Assembly: GCA_963783435.1 (NCBI GenBank) | Contig: CAWANQ010000014.1 | Location: forward strand, 105,239-169,238 | Length of the DNA stretch: 64,000 bases | Source: an uncultured Bacteroidota bacterium | GTDB lineage: Bacteria; Bacteroidota; Bacteroidia; Bacteroidales; GCA-2748055 | Direction of reading: 5' to 3' | In this document: piece after piece, positions 12,121 to 21,519 of the stretch | Layout: each line of letters opens with the position of its first letter | Position numbering within the stretch: position 1 is the stretch's first letter | The notes under the pieces: model-generated | Told to the model about the DNA's origin: nothing | The model's database searches: none | Seen by the model: the letters and a program-made list of their open reading frames with translations, nothing else | Position numbers and translations under genes: made by a program

Positions 12121-13914
12121 ATGCTTGACCAGATTATAGTTATTATTGTTCTGGCTTTTATCATATTCGCCCTCGTGCGTGAATACCATCGGCCAGGAAT
12201 TGTTTTATTGACCGGTCTTTTTGTATTTATGGCCGCAGGTATAGTGGATTCTAGGGAGGCAGTATCGGGATTTTCTAACCAGGGGGTATTGATTATAGCA
12301 CTTCTCTTTATCATTAGTGAAGGGGTGAGAGCCTCTGGGATTCTCAAAGTATTTTCAGATCTGTTTCTTCCACGTGAAAAGAAGAAGTATAGCAAACTTT
12401 ACTTTTCCATTCTGGCACCCATTGGAGCCATATCAGCTATTCTGAATAATACCCCCATTGTACTTATTTTTGCTCCACTGATTAAGAACTGGAGTGAGCG
12501 GCTGAAAATGGATCCCCGCAAATTTTTGATGCCCCTATCCTTCATCACCATTCTGGGTGGATCACTTACAATTATTGGCACCTCCACTAATCTTTTGGTG
12601 CATGGTCTGTTACTTGAAAATGACCTGGATGGGCTGGGTTTTTTTGAAACTGGCAGGCTTGGAATATTCATCTTTTTCGCCGGCCTGGTATACCTGATCT
12701 TTTTTAGCAGATTGCTTTTGCGGGGTTCAGATACCCAAGATTCCGGCAGATCCCAAAAACTCTTTTTTTTTGAGGCCATTATTACAGATGATTTTGAATC
12801 TGTCGGGAGTGATTATGCGACCCTGAAGGGTAGAATTTTCAAGGATATCAACCTGGCCGCAGTGATAAGGGATGGGGAGTATATCCAGGACTATGCAAAC
12901 CTGGAAATCTATAAAGACGACAAATTGTTGTTGAATACCTCTTTGATCATGCTTGAATCACTGAGGTTTATCAAAGGCATTTCTTTGCATAAGCTTGAAC
13001 AGGCCTATAGCCATCATAAAAATGCCAAGTTGGAATCAGTGGAGGCAATTATATCTGGTCGTTTTCCGGGTGTTGGAAAGCGGATGAATGAAATCGATTT
13101 TCTTAACAGGTACAACAGTGTGGTACTGGCCATCTATCGTAATGGAGATCAGATTTACCAGGAAGTAGACCATGTTCGGTTAAAGGAAGGGGATACCCTG
13201 TTGCTTCTCACCGATTCTAATTTTGTTTCAAGTTGGAACGATTCACAGATATTTTACCTTCTCTCCTCCAAAGGGGATATACAATTCAATGTAGATAAGA
13301 AAAAAGCCCTTTTGACCTATCTGTTGCTGGCTGGTTTGCTTGCAGGGGCCATTGTAACTACCTCTTTTGATGTTTTTAAAAATTCTACGTTCAATCCATT
13401 GCTGGTTACAGGTTTGGTGATGATATTGATGATCTGGTTAAAGGTTTTACCTTCTCAACGGTATACCAAAGCTATTAAATGGGATATTCTTATAACCATT
13501 GCCGCTTCCATTGGCATCAGTCACGCCATTCATAACTCGGGTCTGTCCGATACGGTAGCAAATTTCATTCTGAACCATCTGATGTTCCTGGGGCCCATGG
13601 GACTGCTCTTTATTCTTTACCTGTTGACGGTCATCATCACTGAGGTGGTAACCAACAATGCTGCGGCGGCCCTGGTGTTTCCAATTGCTCTCTCTATTTC
13701 AACCCTTTCTGGTTATGACCACAGACCCTTTGTGATTGCCATTTGTATTGCGGCGGCCTGCAGCTTTATCAGCCCTATTGGATACCAGACAAATATGATT
13801 GTCCAGTCCATTGGTCAATATAAATACAAGGATTTTGGACGGCTGGGATTTCCACTCAGCCTGATGGTTATGATTATCTCTATGTTCCTGATCCCGATCT
13901 TGTGGCCATTCTGA
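12121..13914 (+). CDS. SLC13/CitM-like permease with TrkA-C domains (probable sulfate transporter)
   Basis: SGFSN, NNTPIV, GGSLTIIGTSTNLLV, TEVVTNNAAAAL, PIGYQTNMIV; central soluble region; divergent from cysD. Confidence 0.88.
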   Translation: MLDQIIVIIVLAFIIFALVREYHRPGIVLLTGLFVFMAAGIVDSREAVSGFSNQGVLIIALLFIISEGVRASGILKVFSDLFLPREKKKYSKLYFSILAPIGAISAILNNTPIVLIFAPLIKNWSERLKMDPRKFLMPLSFITILGGSLTIIGTSTNLLVHGLLLENDLDGLGFFETGRLGIFIFFAGLVYLIFFSRLLLRGSDTQDSGRSQKLFFFEAIITDDFESVGSDYATLKGRIFKDINLAAVIRDGEYIQDYANLEIYKDDKLLLNTSLIMLESLRFIKGISLHKLEQAYSHHKNAKLESVEAIISGRFPGVGKRMNEIDFLNRYNSVVLAIYRNGDQIYQEVDHVRLKEGDTLLLLTDSNFVSSWNDSQIFYLLSSKGDIQFNVDKKKALLTYLLLAGLLAGAIVTTSFDVFKNSTFNPLLVTGLVMILMIWLKVLPSQRYTKAIKWDILITIAASIGISHAIHNSGLSDTVANFILNHLMFLGPMGLLFILYLLTVIITEVVTNNAAAALVFPIALSISTLSGYDHRPFVIAICIAAACSFISPIGYQTNMIVQSIGQYKYKDFGRLGFPLSLMVMIISMFLIPILWPF

Positions 13915-13931
13915 GAAGTATCCGTCTGGGA

Positions 13932-14657
13932 TCAGCTGGCTTCAATGACCATGGGGATGCTATCTGCCGCAAGTGCTTCTCCTTTGAAATTACCGAAGAA
14001 ATTAAGCTTGCTGAAACCTGCATCCAAAAACGCGGCCTCTATTTCGGATTTTCTGACTGGGAATAGAGGGACGCTGTTCATAATTACCTGGTTCTTCTTC
14101 TTGATGGTCAATATGGTTTCGAAGTCAATAAGGTGCTTATCAGCATTGTAATTGTAGTTCCTAATGAATTGGATGTCATTATTTTCAAGGGTAGGCAATG
14201 AGTTGATCCTTTGATCCAGTATCCGGTCATAGTTTATGATCTGTATCAATAATTTTCCATGAGGGTTAAGCAGCCCTTGGCACTTCTTAAAGAAGAGGGA
14301 AATTTGCTCCAGCGAAGAGAGGTGCACCAGGGTATTCCCGTAACATAAGATGCCATCAAATGTTTCAGGATAAAAATGGGAATCAATTTCAAGCATATCC
14401 AATGTAAAGAACTCCAAATTGGTTTTCTCATTTGCATCTATCCCGGCCTTCTCGAGCATGGCTTCGTCCAGGTCAATTCCCACCACCTTTTTGAAAGTGG
14501 TCGAAAGTGCAAGAGAGAGAGAGCCGGTACCACAACCAATGTCCAGTAGGCTTAAATCCCCTGTTTGAGAAAAGGCCCTGTTTGTAAAGGCTACCTGGCC
14601 TGGATTCAGAGGAAAAATCTTGTTATAAACCTCCGCGATACTTCTGTAGAATCCCAT
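13932..14657 (-). CDS. Class I SAM-dependent methyltransferase
   Basis: LLDIGCGTG, GIDLDEAM, FDGILCYGNTLVHL. Confidence 0.88.
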   Translation of the reverse strand: MGFYRSIAEVYNKIFPLNPGQVAFTNRAFSQTGDLSLLDIGCGTGSLSLALSTTFKKVVGIDLDEAMLEKAGIDANEKTNLEFFTLDMLEIDSHFYPETFDGILCYGNTLVHLSSLEQISLFFKKCQGLLNPHGKLLIQIINYDRILDQRINSLPTLENNDIQFIRNYNYNADKHLIDFETILTIKKKNQVIMNSVPLFPVRKSEIEAAFLDAGFSKLNFFGNFKGEALAADSIPMVIEAS

Positions 14658-14661
14658 TCAG

Positions 14662-15621
14662 TTAAAGTTCATAATAGAAGGCATCCCGCAATACTTCCAG
14701 ACTTTTAGGTACCGCCTCCATGGGATCGGCTTTGCCTTCCATCTCCAGGGATATATAGCCTTTGTAGTTGTGCTTCCGCATGATCTCCCCGATCCTTGGA
14801 TAGTCCAGGTCAAGTGTGTACCATTTGCCTCCACCGTAGTAGGTTTTGGCCTGGACCAATGAAGTATGGGGTGCAAGCATTTCCAGACGATCATAGGGAT
14901 CCTCCAGGAAGTTCCCCGTATCCAAGGTTACGCTGAGCCATGGGGAGTTAATCTCATTCACAATACGCATGACCCCTTCAGCGGTTCTTCCCAGGCCCCA
15001 GTGATTCTCCAAACCCAGGACCACACCACACTTCTCTGCAGTAGGGATGCACTGCTGTATGGAATCAATGACCCACTTGAAACCATCTTCGTCGGTGTAT
15101 CCCTCAATGGTGGGCTCAATGCCCTTATTTTCCATCAGGTGATCAAAAGATTCGCTTGTTCCCCAGCGACCTGTGTTGATTCGCATGGTAGGTATTCCCA
15201 GCTGGTAAGCCAGTTCAATCTGGTGAATGGTTAAAGCAATATTTTCATCGCGGTAGGTCTTATCGGGTCTGACAAATCCTTGATGCGTTGAGAAACCCAT
15301 GAGGTCAAGTCCATTGTGGAAAGCTCTTTTTTTCAGCATATTCAGATAGGAGGTATCATCTGAGGCCATTTGCACCAGCAATAATTCCACCCCATCAAAA
15401 CCCATGGCGGCCACATGATCAATAATCTCTTCAATGGGAGGATCATTCTTTGGTCGGTTAAATTGCCAGAATGAATAGGTAGAAACGCCAATGGGATTGT
15501 GTCTGATATCGGCCGGGGCATTAGAAGTTTTAAGAGCAGGCTTGATTGAGCTGGCACCCATCAGTGCGGTACCGGCGACAGTGGCTGCTCCGGCCTGTAG
15601 GAATTTTCGTCTGTCTATCAT
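14662..15621 (-). CDS. Tat-exported sugar phosphate isomerase/epimerase (xylose-isomerase-like TIM barrel)
   Basis: DRRKFL Tat motif; GFDGVEL, LENHWG, LDTGNF, QAKTY, YISLEMEG. Confidence 0.88.
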   Translation of the reverse strand: MIDRRKFLQAGAATVAGTALMGASSIKPALKTSNAPADIRHNPIGVSTYSFWQFNRPKNDPPIEEIIDHVAAMGFDGVELLLVQMASDDTSYLNMLKKRAFHNGLDLMGFSTHQGFVRPDKTYRDENIALTIHQIELAYQLGIPTMRINTGRWGTSESFDHLMENKGIEPTIEGYTDEDGFKWVIDSIQQCIPTAEKCGVVLGLENHWGLGRTAEGVMRIVNEINSPWLSVTLDTGNFLEDPYDRLEMLAPHTSLVQAKTYYGGGKWYTLDLDYPRIGEIMRKHNYKGYISLEMEGKADPMEAVPKSLEVLRDAFYYEL

Positions 15622-15716
15622 ACCGAGTATTATTTTGTTTCAATTAATTCGTTTATCTCCGAGATGCAGCCTAAATGCTACGAATGGTTCATTGCAGATC
15701 TGATCGAATGAGTCAC

Positions 15717-17120
15717 TCATAGTCTTCGCACCCTGGGCTCCAGGTCAGTAAGTTCAGAAATCCGGATCGGGTGTCCTGCCTCTATACTCTTCCTGGCCGC
15801 TATACCTATGAGAATGGACATGGCCCCATCCCTTACTCCGGCTGGCCGGTCAAAGGGATCCTTCTTTCCGGGAGTTCTGAAGATCTGATCGTGCAATAAT
15901 TTGTCTCCACCGCCATGCCCTCCTTTGGAAAGCTTACCTGTTCCACTTTGAAATCGTTCCACAATTTATGCAGGATCACAGGTTCGGATTGGAGGTTTTC
16001 ATCCTGCTGCGACATTTCAAGTTCATGCATGTCTGACTGACTGATATTTTCACCTTTCATAAATGGAATATCAAGCCAGGCATCGATCCGACCCTCTGTT
16101 CCGTTAAATGCAATCTTCCATCCTTCATAAGGCGAATAGGTGGTCAGAGAGTAGTTAACCAGCGTGTTGTCGCGGTACTTGATTTGTGCCGACATCTTGT
16201 CATAAATATTGATCTCTGGCCTGAAGAGACAATTGTCGCGAATGTATCCATCATGATCTTCATTGTTCACATAAAGATCCATGGATCTCTTATCCTTTGG
16301 TGATATCCCAGAAAAACTTACACTCCTTCTTGTGGTCACAGCTACGGCATTTATCTCCCCTGAAAGGGCCATTGGAACCATAATATTCCAGATCCCCGTA
16401 AGCAAATACCTCTTCCGGATCACTGTCCAGCCACCAGTTGAGCAAATCGAAATGATGTGTGGCTTTGTGGACCCAGAGGGTCCCTCCCGATTGCCGCAGT
16501 CCGTGCCATCTCCTGAAATAGGATGCCCCGTGATAAGTATTCAGATACCAGTGGAAATCAACGGAGGTGATCCGGCCAATAGAGCCAGATTGTAAAAGTT
16601 CTTTGATTTTGGTCATGTAGGGTCCCCACCGGTAGTTAAAGCCTACAATCACCTTTCGCTTGGAACGTCGCTCAGCATCCAGGATAGATTGGCATTTATC
16701 CTCATCCGTGGTAAGGGGTTTCTCGGTGAGCACATCACAGCCCATATCCAGCCCTTTGACTATAAATTCATGATGGGTAGAGTCCTTGGTGGTAACAATC
16801 ACCAGGTCGGGATGTGTTTGATTGATCATATCCTCGAAACTGGTAAACAGCGGGCAAGCCACTCCCATGTATTTCCCTGCATACTCGAGACGACCCGGAT
16901 TGATGTCACAGAGTCCCACAAATTCTAGCATGTCTGAGAAATTCTCCACCAGGGTCTTCCCCCAGAATGAGGTCCCCCGAACACCGGTTCCCACGAGAAC
17001 TGCTCTTATTTTTTGGCCATTCGAATAGGCTTGTCTGGCCAGTGGTGAAGCCATAAGGTTTCCTGCCACGAAGGCTCCTGTTGTGCCCAGGAACGCCCTG
17101 CGGTTAAGCACATGTGTCAT
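15717..17120 (-). CDS. Tat-exported Gfo/Idh/MocA oxidoreductase (two frameshifts)
   Basis: NRRAFL; VLVGTGVRG; EKPLT; VGFNYR; HKATHHFDLLNW; GGHGGGD; ORFs 16290-17120, 15833-16423 and 15717-15962 join. Confidence 0.88.
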
Positions 17121-17129
17121 AATGAATTG

Positions 17130-17501
17130 TTATTGATATTCGATGAAATTGAATTTAATTCCAAGGCGACCTTCCATAATTTCACCCAATTCCAGGAGCT
17201 CCGGATCATCAAATTCGAAGTAAAAGTTCACTGCAACCTCCTTTTTCATCTCCTGGAGTGGCTTAAACATCCTCATGATATCAAATACACTCTGGACAGA
17301 AGCTGTATCCACATATTCCAGTTTCAGGTCTATATTGGTTTTCTCTGCGGGTTCCTTAATATATTCTTCTACCCACTCCACAATTGGCTTAAAGAATTTA
17401 CGAGGATCAGAAAGTATGGAGTTTCCAGATAGTTTAAAATAGCCTGGTGCGCATTCAACTTCCAGTGATTTCTTGGTGGGTTCGATTGTGATGTTTTCCA
17501 T
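17130..17501 (-). CDS. SiaC family (DUF1987) regulatory phosphoprotein, copy 1
   Basis: IEPTKKSLEV...LSGNSILSDPRKFFKPIVEWV...LEYVDTAS...VNFYFEFDDPELLELGE. Confidence 0.82.
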   Translation of the reverse strand: MENITIEPTKKSLEVECAPGYFKLSGNSILSDPRKFFKPIVEWVEEYIKEPAEKTNIDLKLEYVDTASVQSVFDIMRMFKPLQEMKKEVAVNFYFEFDDPELLELGEIMEGRLGIKFNFIEYQ

Positions 17502-17533
17502 CCTGTAATAATTTCAGAGTTTTGATATGATTA

Positions 17534-17541
17534 CAAATATA
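17534..17541 (-). promoter_or_regulatory. Bacteroidota -7 promoter box (TATATTTG)
   Basis: Matches the TAnnTTTG consensus ~30 nt upstream of the SiaC copy 1 ATG. Confidence 0.5.
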
Positions 17542-17544
17542 ATA

Positions 17545-18355
17545 TTACTCCTTTTCCAATTCAATACCAAAAAGAGATATAATTTCATGTGCCTTATTGA
17601 GGTTTAATTCGGATAGCAGGTCTTTGTCGTTTTGTAATTTTAGATTCTGTAGTTTTTGCATAGTATCCCTCCAGTTTGAGGGATCATCGTCGCATAGAAC
17701 GGTAAGAAATTTTGCCAGGTTAGGCAGTGTATTCTCAGAGATTTGACTCTTCAGTTTGTCGATTATACCCAGCTCGCTGAGAATCACCAGTTTGAGGTTG
17801 GATTCTTCAATTTTACCGGGCGCATCTTTATCATCATCTATGGGAATTTCAAGTTCGACCTGGCTTCTGAGATACTCCATCAGTTTCACGTTATAAGTGA
17901 GATCGGACATATCGTTGAAGATGGAGTAATCCTTAAAAAAGTCAGAAGCACTGGACTTCTTGTTGAAATAGTTGTAGATGTCCTCCATTTTGAAGTAGTT
18001 CACAAACAGGTACTTCCAGTTTTCCGACCGCTTGTCGTCCAGCAAACTGCGATGATTTTCAATAAACATGGAAGCATTGGAGTAGTAGGTGGCCAGAAAC
18101 TTACTTCTTATATCGGGATTATCCTCATTGTCATAAAGAAAGCGTTCTATTTTACTGATTTCGTTTACAGCTTTGCCCCTTGATGATCCATCCACCAGAA
18201 AATCGAATTCGCGGATCATTTTATTGATCTTTTCGATATTGGGAAGGTAAATTTTTGAGTTGTTGAACGGATCATTGCGCTCAATGATAATATTCTGCTT
18301 CAGGCATAACTCTTCCAGTTCTGCACTGCGATAGTCTGGTTTGATCTTCTCCCAT
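17545..18355 (-). CDS. Hypothetical soluble protein (~270 aa) between two SiaC genes
   Basis: The frame is open upstream of the called ATG (18219): ...EKIKPDYRSAELEELCLKQNIIIERNDPFNNSKIYLPNIEKINKM; likely true start near 18355 (ATGGAG read with one extra G). Confidence 0.7.
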
Positions 18356-18447
18356 AAATGATTCGGTAAACTGGTTACAAAATGCTGTTTTCCGAATTTA
18401 GGACTTTTTATTGAATTGCGTTGTATTTCGGGCTAGGATTTAGAAAA

Positions 18448-18817
18448 TTAGTAGGGGACATATTGAAATTCAATCCCCATGCGCTGTTCGATCATTTCGC
18501 CCAGTTCCTGCATCTCGGGATCCGCATCCTCAATATACCAGTTTACCATTAAATACAAAGTCCTTTGACCTTACTCCATTCAATTGGCGAAGTATTTGAT
18601 ATAAGGATTGGGTGGATGCAGTATCAATGTACTCCAGTTTAATGTTAACAACGGTTTCTTCAGCGGGCTTCTTGATGTATTTATTTACCCAGTTCAGGAT
18701 GGGATCAAAGAATAGTTTAGGATCAGTTAAGATGGACCTGCCGGTGAAGTTCAAAATCCCATAGGATATATCAACGGCAAGCGATTTATCTGTGGGTATT
18801 ATAATGAGGTCTTCCAT
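18448..18817 (-). CDS. SiaC family (DUF1987) protein, copy 2 (one frameshift near 18550)
   Basis: MEDLIIIPTDKSLAV...FTGRSILTDPKLFFDPILNWV...LEYIDTAS; shifted frame continues VNWYIEDADPEMQELGEMIEQRMGIEFQYVPY*. Confidence 0.8.
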
Positions 18818-18822
18818 GTAAG

Positions 18823-18830
18823 CGAAGTTA
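18823..18830 (-). promoter_or_regulatory. Possible Bacteroidota -7 box (TAACTTCG)
   Basis: TAnnTTyG just upstream of the SiaC copy 2 ATG. Confidence 0.4.
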
Positions 18831-19002
18831 ACAAAGATTGTCAATCAGCCGGGACCAAAAATGGCCTGGAATTGACGAATATCAAGTTTTCTATGACAAA
18901 CATACCGGAAAATCATGAGAAAATGCCCATATTCTATATACCGCTATAATATATGAAATAGTGAATTTTATCCCCTTAAATGATTCATTGAGTTTTTTAA
19001 TA

Positions 19003-19023
19003 CCCTGATTTGTCAAATTAGGG
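19003..19023. promoter_or_regulatory. 21-bp near-perfect palindrome upstream of the EPS operon (candidate operator)
   Basis: CCCTGATTTG-T-CAAATTAGGG, one mismatch, ~85 bp upstream of the priming GT. Confidence 0.45.
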
Positions 19024-19106
19024 AAAACCTTAACACTCGATTTCTCGTTATAATCCATAGAAAATGCTGAAATTAGATCTACGAAAGCCAACAGATAGTT
19101 TTTGGA

Positions 19107-20546
19107 ATGACACATGTCTATAGTAAAATAAAAGATTACAGGCTCAATAATAAAGGGCGCGCCAAAGGGGTCATTGACCTGGTGGAGCTGCTGCTTGTTA
19201 TTGTTACATTTCCTCTGGCCATCTGGATCACCAAAAGGTTTCTGATACCGGAAATGGAAGTGAAGAGGTTTGAAGCCATTTTGTTTTTTGGTTTCGTGCT
19301 GATGTCATGGTATGTGTTGTCAAGGATCACAGCCATGGCAAAAATCCCGCGTACACAGCGAAGCCTTACCCTGGCTTTTCAGTTTGCGCGGAGCACATTT
19401 ATTGTATTTATTGGATTACTTGCAGTTAAAGTAGTGTTCAGGTTTACCTCACTGCCCGTATTTTTAATTGTGGTTTATGTGGCTAGTTTATACAGCCTGA
19501 CTCTTTTGTTCAGACTTTTCGCGTATAAGGCACTAAAGGCTTACCGATATTATGGCAGAAGCACCCACCATGTATTAATTATTGCTGATGCATTTTCAGA
19601 TGGCGTTATTGAAAACCTGTTGATCCAAAAGGAGTGGGGTTTTAAGATTGTCTCAATTCTCACCGATTCCAAGCTGATAAAAGCCAAATACGGATCCCAG
19701 ATCAATATTATTAGCGGCCAGGAGCATCTTAAGAAGTCCATTGATAATTCCATTATAGATGAAGTGATCTATTGCAGGAGGGATGTGGACATTTCACTTA
19801 TTAAAGAGGTGGTTGCCATTTGTAATGAAGTGGGGGTTATATTCAGGTTGCAGTCCTCTGTCTCACCCCTGGACCCCACCGAGTTTCAGCTTAAGACACT
19901 TAATAAAACCAAGGATCTGTCCATAGTGGATGTACCCTCCAACAGTCTGTCGCTTACATTAAAATCCATGGGGGATATCTATTTCTCCATACTGGCAGTG
20001 ATTTTATTAGTGCCCGTATTCCTTACAATTGCCCTTATTATAAAGGTAAGTTCAAAAGGCCCTGTGTTTTTTCTACAGGAACGAATCGGATTGCGTGGTC
20101 GGAAGTTTATGTTGTTTAAGTTCAGAACCATGGTGGTCAACGCCGAAGAACAGCTGAAAAAGCTACAGGCCAGAAATGAGGCTGACGGTCCTGTATTTAA
20201 GATTAAAGATGATCCCCGGATCACCTCCGTGGGCAGATTTCTCAGGAAAACCGGTCTGGATGAATTGCCACAGTTTTTTAATGTAATCAGGGGCGAAATG
20301 TCACTTGTTGGACCACGTCCACCTCTGGAGGAAGAGGTAAAACAGTATGAGCGCTGGCAACTAAGACGGCTCTCCGTTAAACCTGGAATAACCTGTACCT
20401 GGCAAATTGTTCCCAACAGGCACGATGTCTCATTTGAAGAGTGGATGGAACTTGATCTTCACTACATTGACAACTGGAATCTCCAGAAGGATGTTGGCTT
20501 GTTTTTTAAAACTGTAAGGTCCTTTTTTGTGGCTGGAGGACATTAA
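19107..20546 (+). CDS. Priming (undecaprenyl-phosphate sugar-phosphate) transferase, WcaJ/WbaP family
   Basis: N-terminal TM helices; FKFRTM, FKIKDDPRITSVGRFLRKTGLDELPQF, SLVGPRP, KPGIT, DLHYIDNW. Confidence 0.93.
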   Translation: MTHVYSKIKDYRLNNKGRAKGVIDLVELLLVIVTFPLAIWITKRFLIPEMEVKRFEAILFFGFVLMSWYVLSRITAMAKIPRTQRSLTLAFQFARSTFIVFIGLLAVKVVFRFTSLPVFLIVVYVASLYSLTLLFRLFAYKALKAYRYYGRSTHHVLIIADAFSDGVIENLLIQKEWGFKIVSILTDSKLIKAKYGSQINIISGQEHLKKSIDNSIIDEVIYCRRDVDISLIKEVVAICNEVGVIFRLQSSVSPLDPTEFQLKTLNKTKDLSIVDVPSNSLSLTLKSMGDIYFSILAVILLVPVFLTIALIIKVSSKGPVFFLQERIGLRGRKFMLFKFRTMVVNAEEQLKKLQARNEADGPVFKIKDDPRITSVGRFLRKTGLDELPQFFNVIRGEMSLVGPRPPLEEEVKQYERWQLRRLSVKPGITCTWQIVPNRHDVSFEEWMELDLHYIDNWNLQKDVGLFFKTVRSFFVAGGH

Positions 20547-20710
20547 TTTCCATGTCAAATTCCTCACAACTTTCCTTTCTAATCTCCCATCGTTTTTCTA
20601 GAAGATGACTTTATTTTATCCAAGGTTCATTTCTTGTAAAAAAAATGGAACCCGTTGTGGATTCTGACGTAGAATAGCTAATCAATAGTTTTTATCTTTA
20701 GGACACATTA

Positions 20711-21519
20711 ATAAATAAGAAATGTCTGATTATTAAAATATTAATAGGGATTGTTGCTACTTCCATTGTAGTTGCATCCTGTGTCCCTAACCGAAAGATA
20801 GTTTATGTGCAGGATAGCAAAGATCCATGACTATACAACAGGTGGACAATATGTATTTTATCGATGAGCCTTTAGATGATGTGATTCGTCAGGGTGACGA
20901 GCTCTATATTAAAGTAACCAGTGCAGATGAAACTCAAACCAACTTTAATCAAGATAGGCAGTCAATCTCAAGAGATCCGTCGCTTTTAAGTTATACCGTA
21001 GATGATGAGGGAAATATAAAACTGCCCTATATCAACAGGGTAAAGCTATCAGGCTTAACACTTGTCGAGGCTTCGGACCTGATTGAAGAGGAGCTATCAC
21101 AGTATTTGCTTTATCCTTCTGTTTTTATCCGATTTGTCAACAATAAGGTGACAGTCCTTGGAGAGGTAAATTCACCGGGGGTTTATATTTTTAATTATAA
21201 AAGTGTCAATATCCTTCAAGCAATAGGGTACGCAAATGATATAGCCACATTTGGAAACAGGGAGAAAGTGCTCATAGTAAGGGAAGAAGGAGGATTCAGA
21301 TCCAAACAGATGGTGGACCTTACCAGTAATGAATTATTATCGTCCAAATACTACATGATCCAATCGAATGATATCATTTATATTGAGCCGCTTAAATCAA
21401 AAAAATGGGATATGGCTACATTTCCCTATGACTTGTTGCTCTCTATGGTTTCTCTCACTATCGTAGTACTTACATTCATGATAACCTATATCAAATTAGG
21501 TAATAAATCTGAAAAATGA
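20711..21519 (+). CDS. wza: Polysaccharide export lipoprotein (Wza/OPX), frameshift near 20825; start approximate
   Basis: Lipobox VVASC at ~20770; GDELYIKV, YTVDDEGNIKLPYI, VTVLGEVNSPG, DIIYIEP. Confidence 0.85.

Noticed and set aside
18818-19106. Invertible promoter or upxY/upxZ control typical of Bacteroides capsule loci
   Set aside because: No long flanking inverted repeats, recombinase or NusG-like gene was seen.
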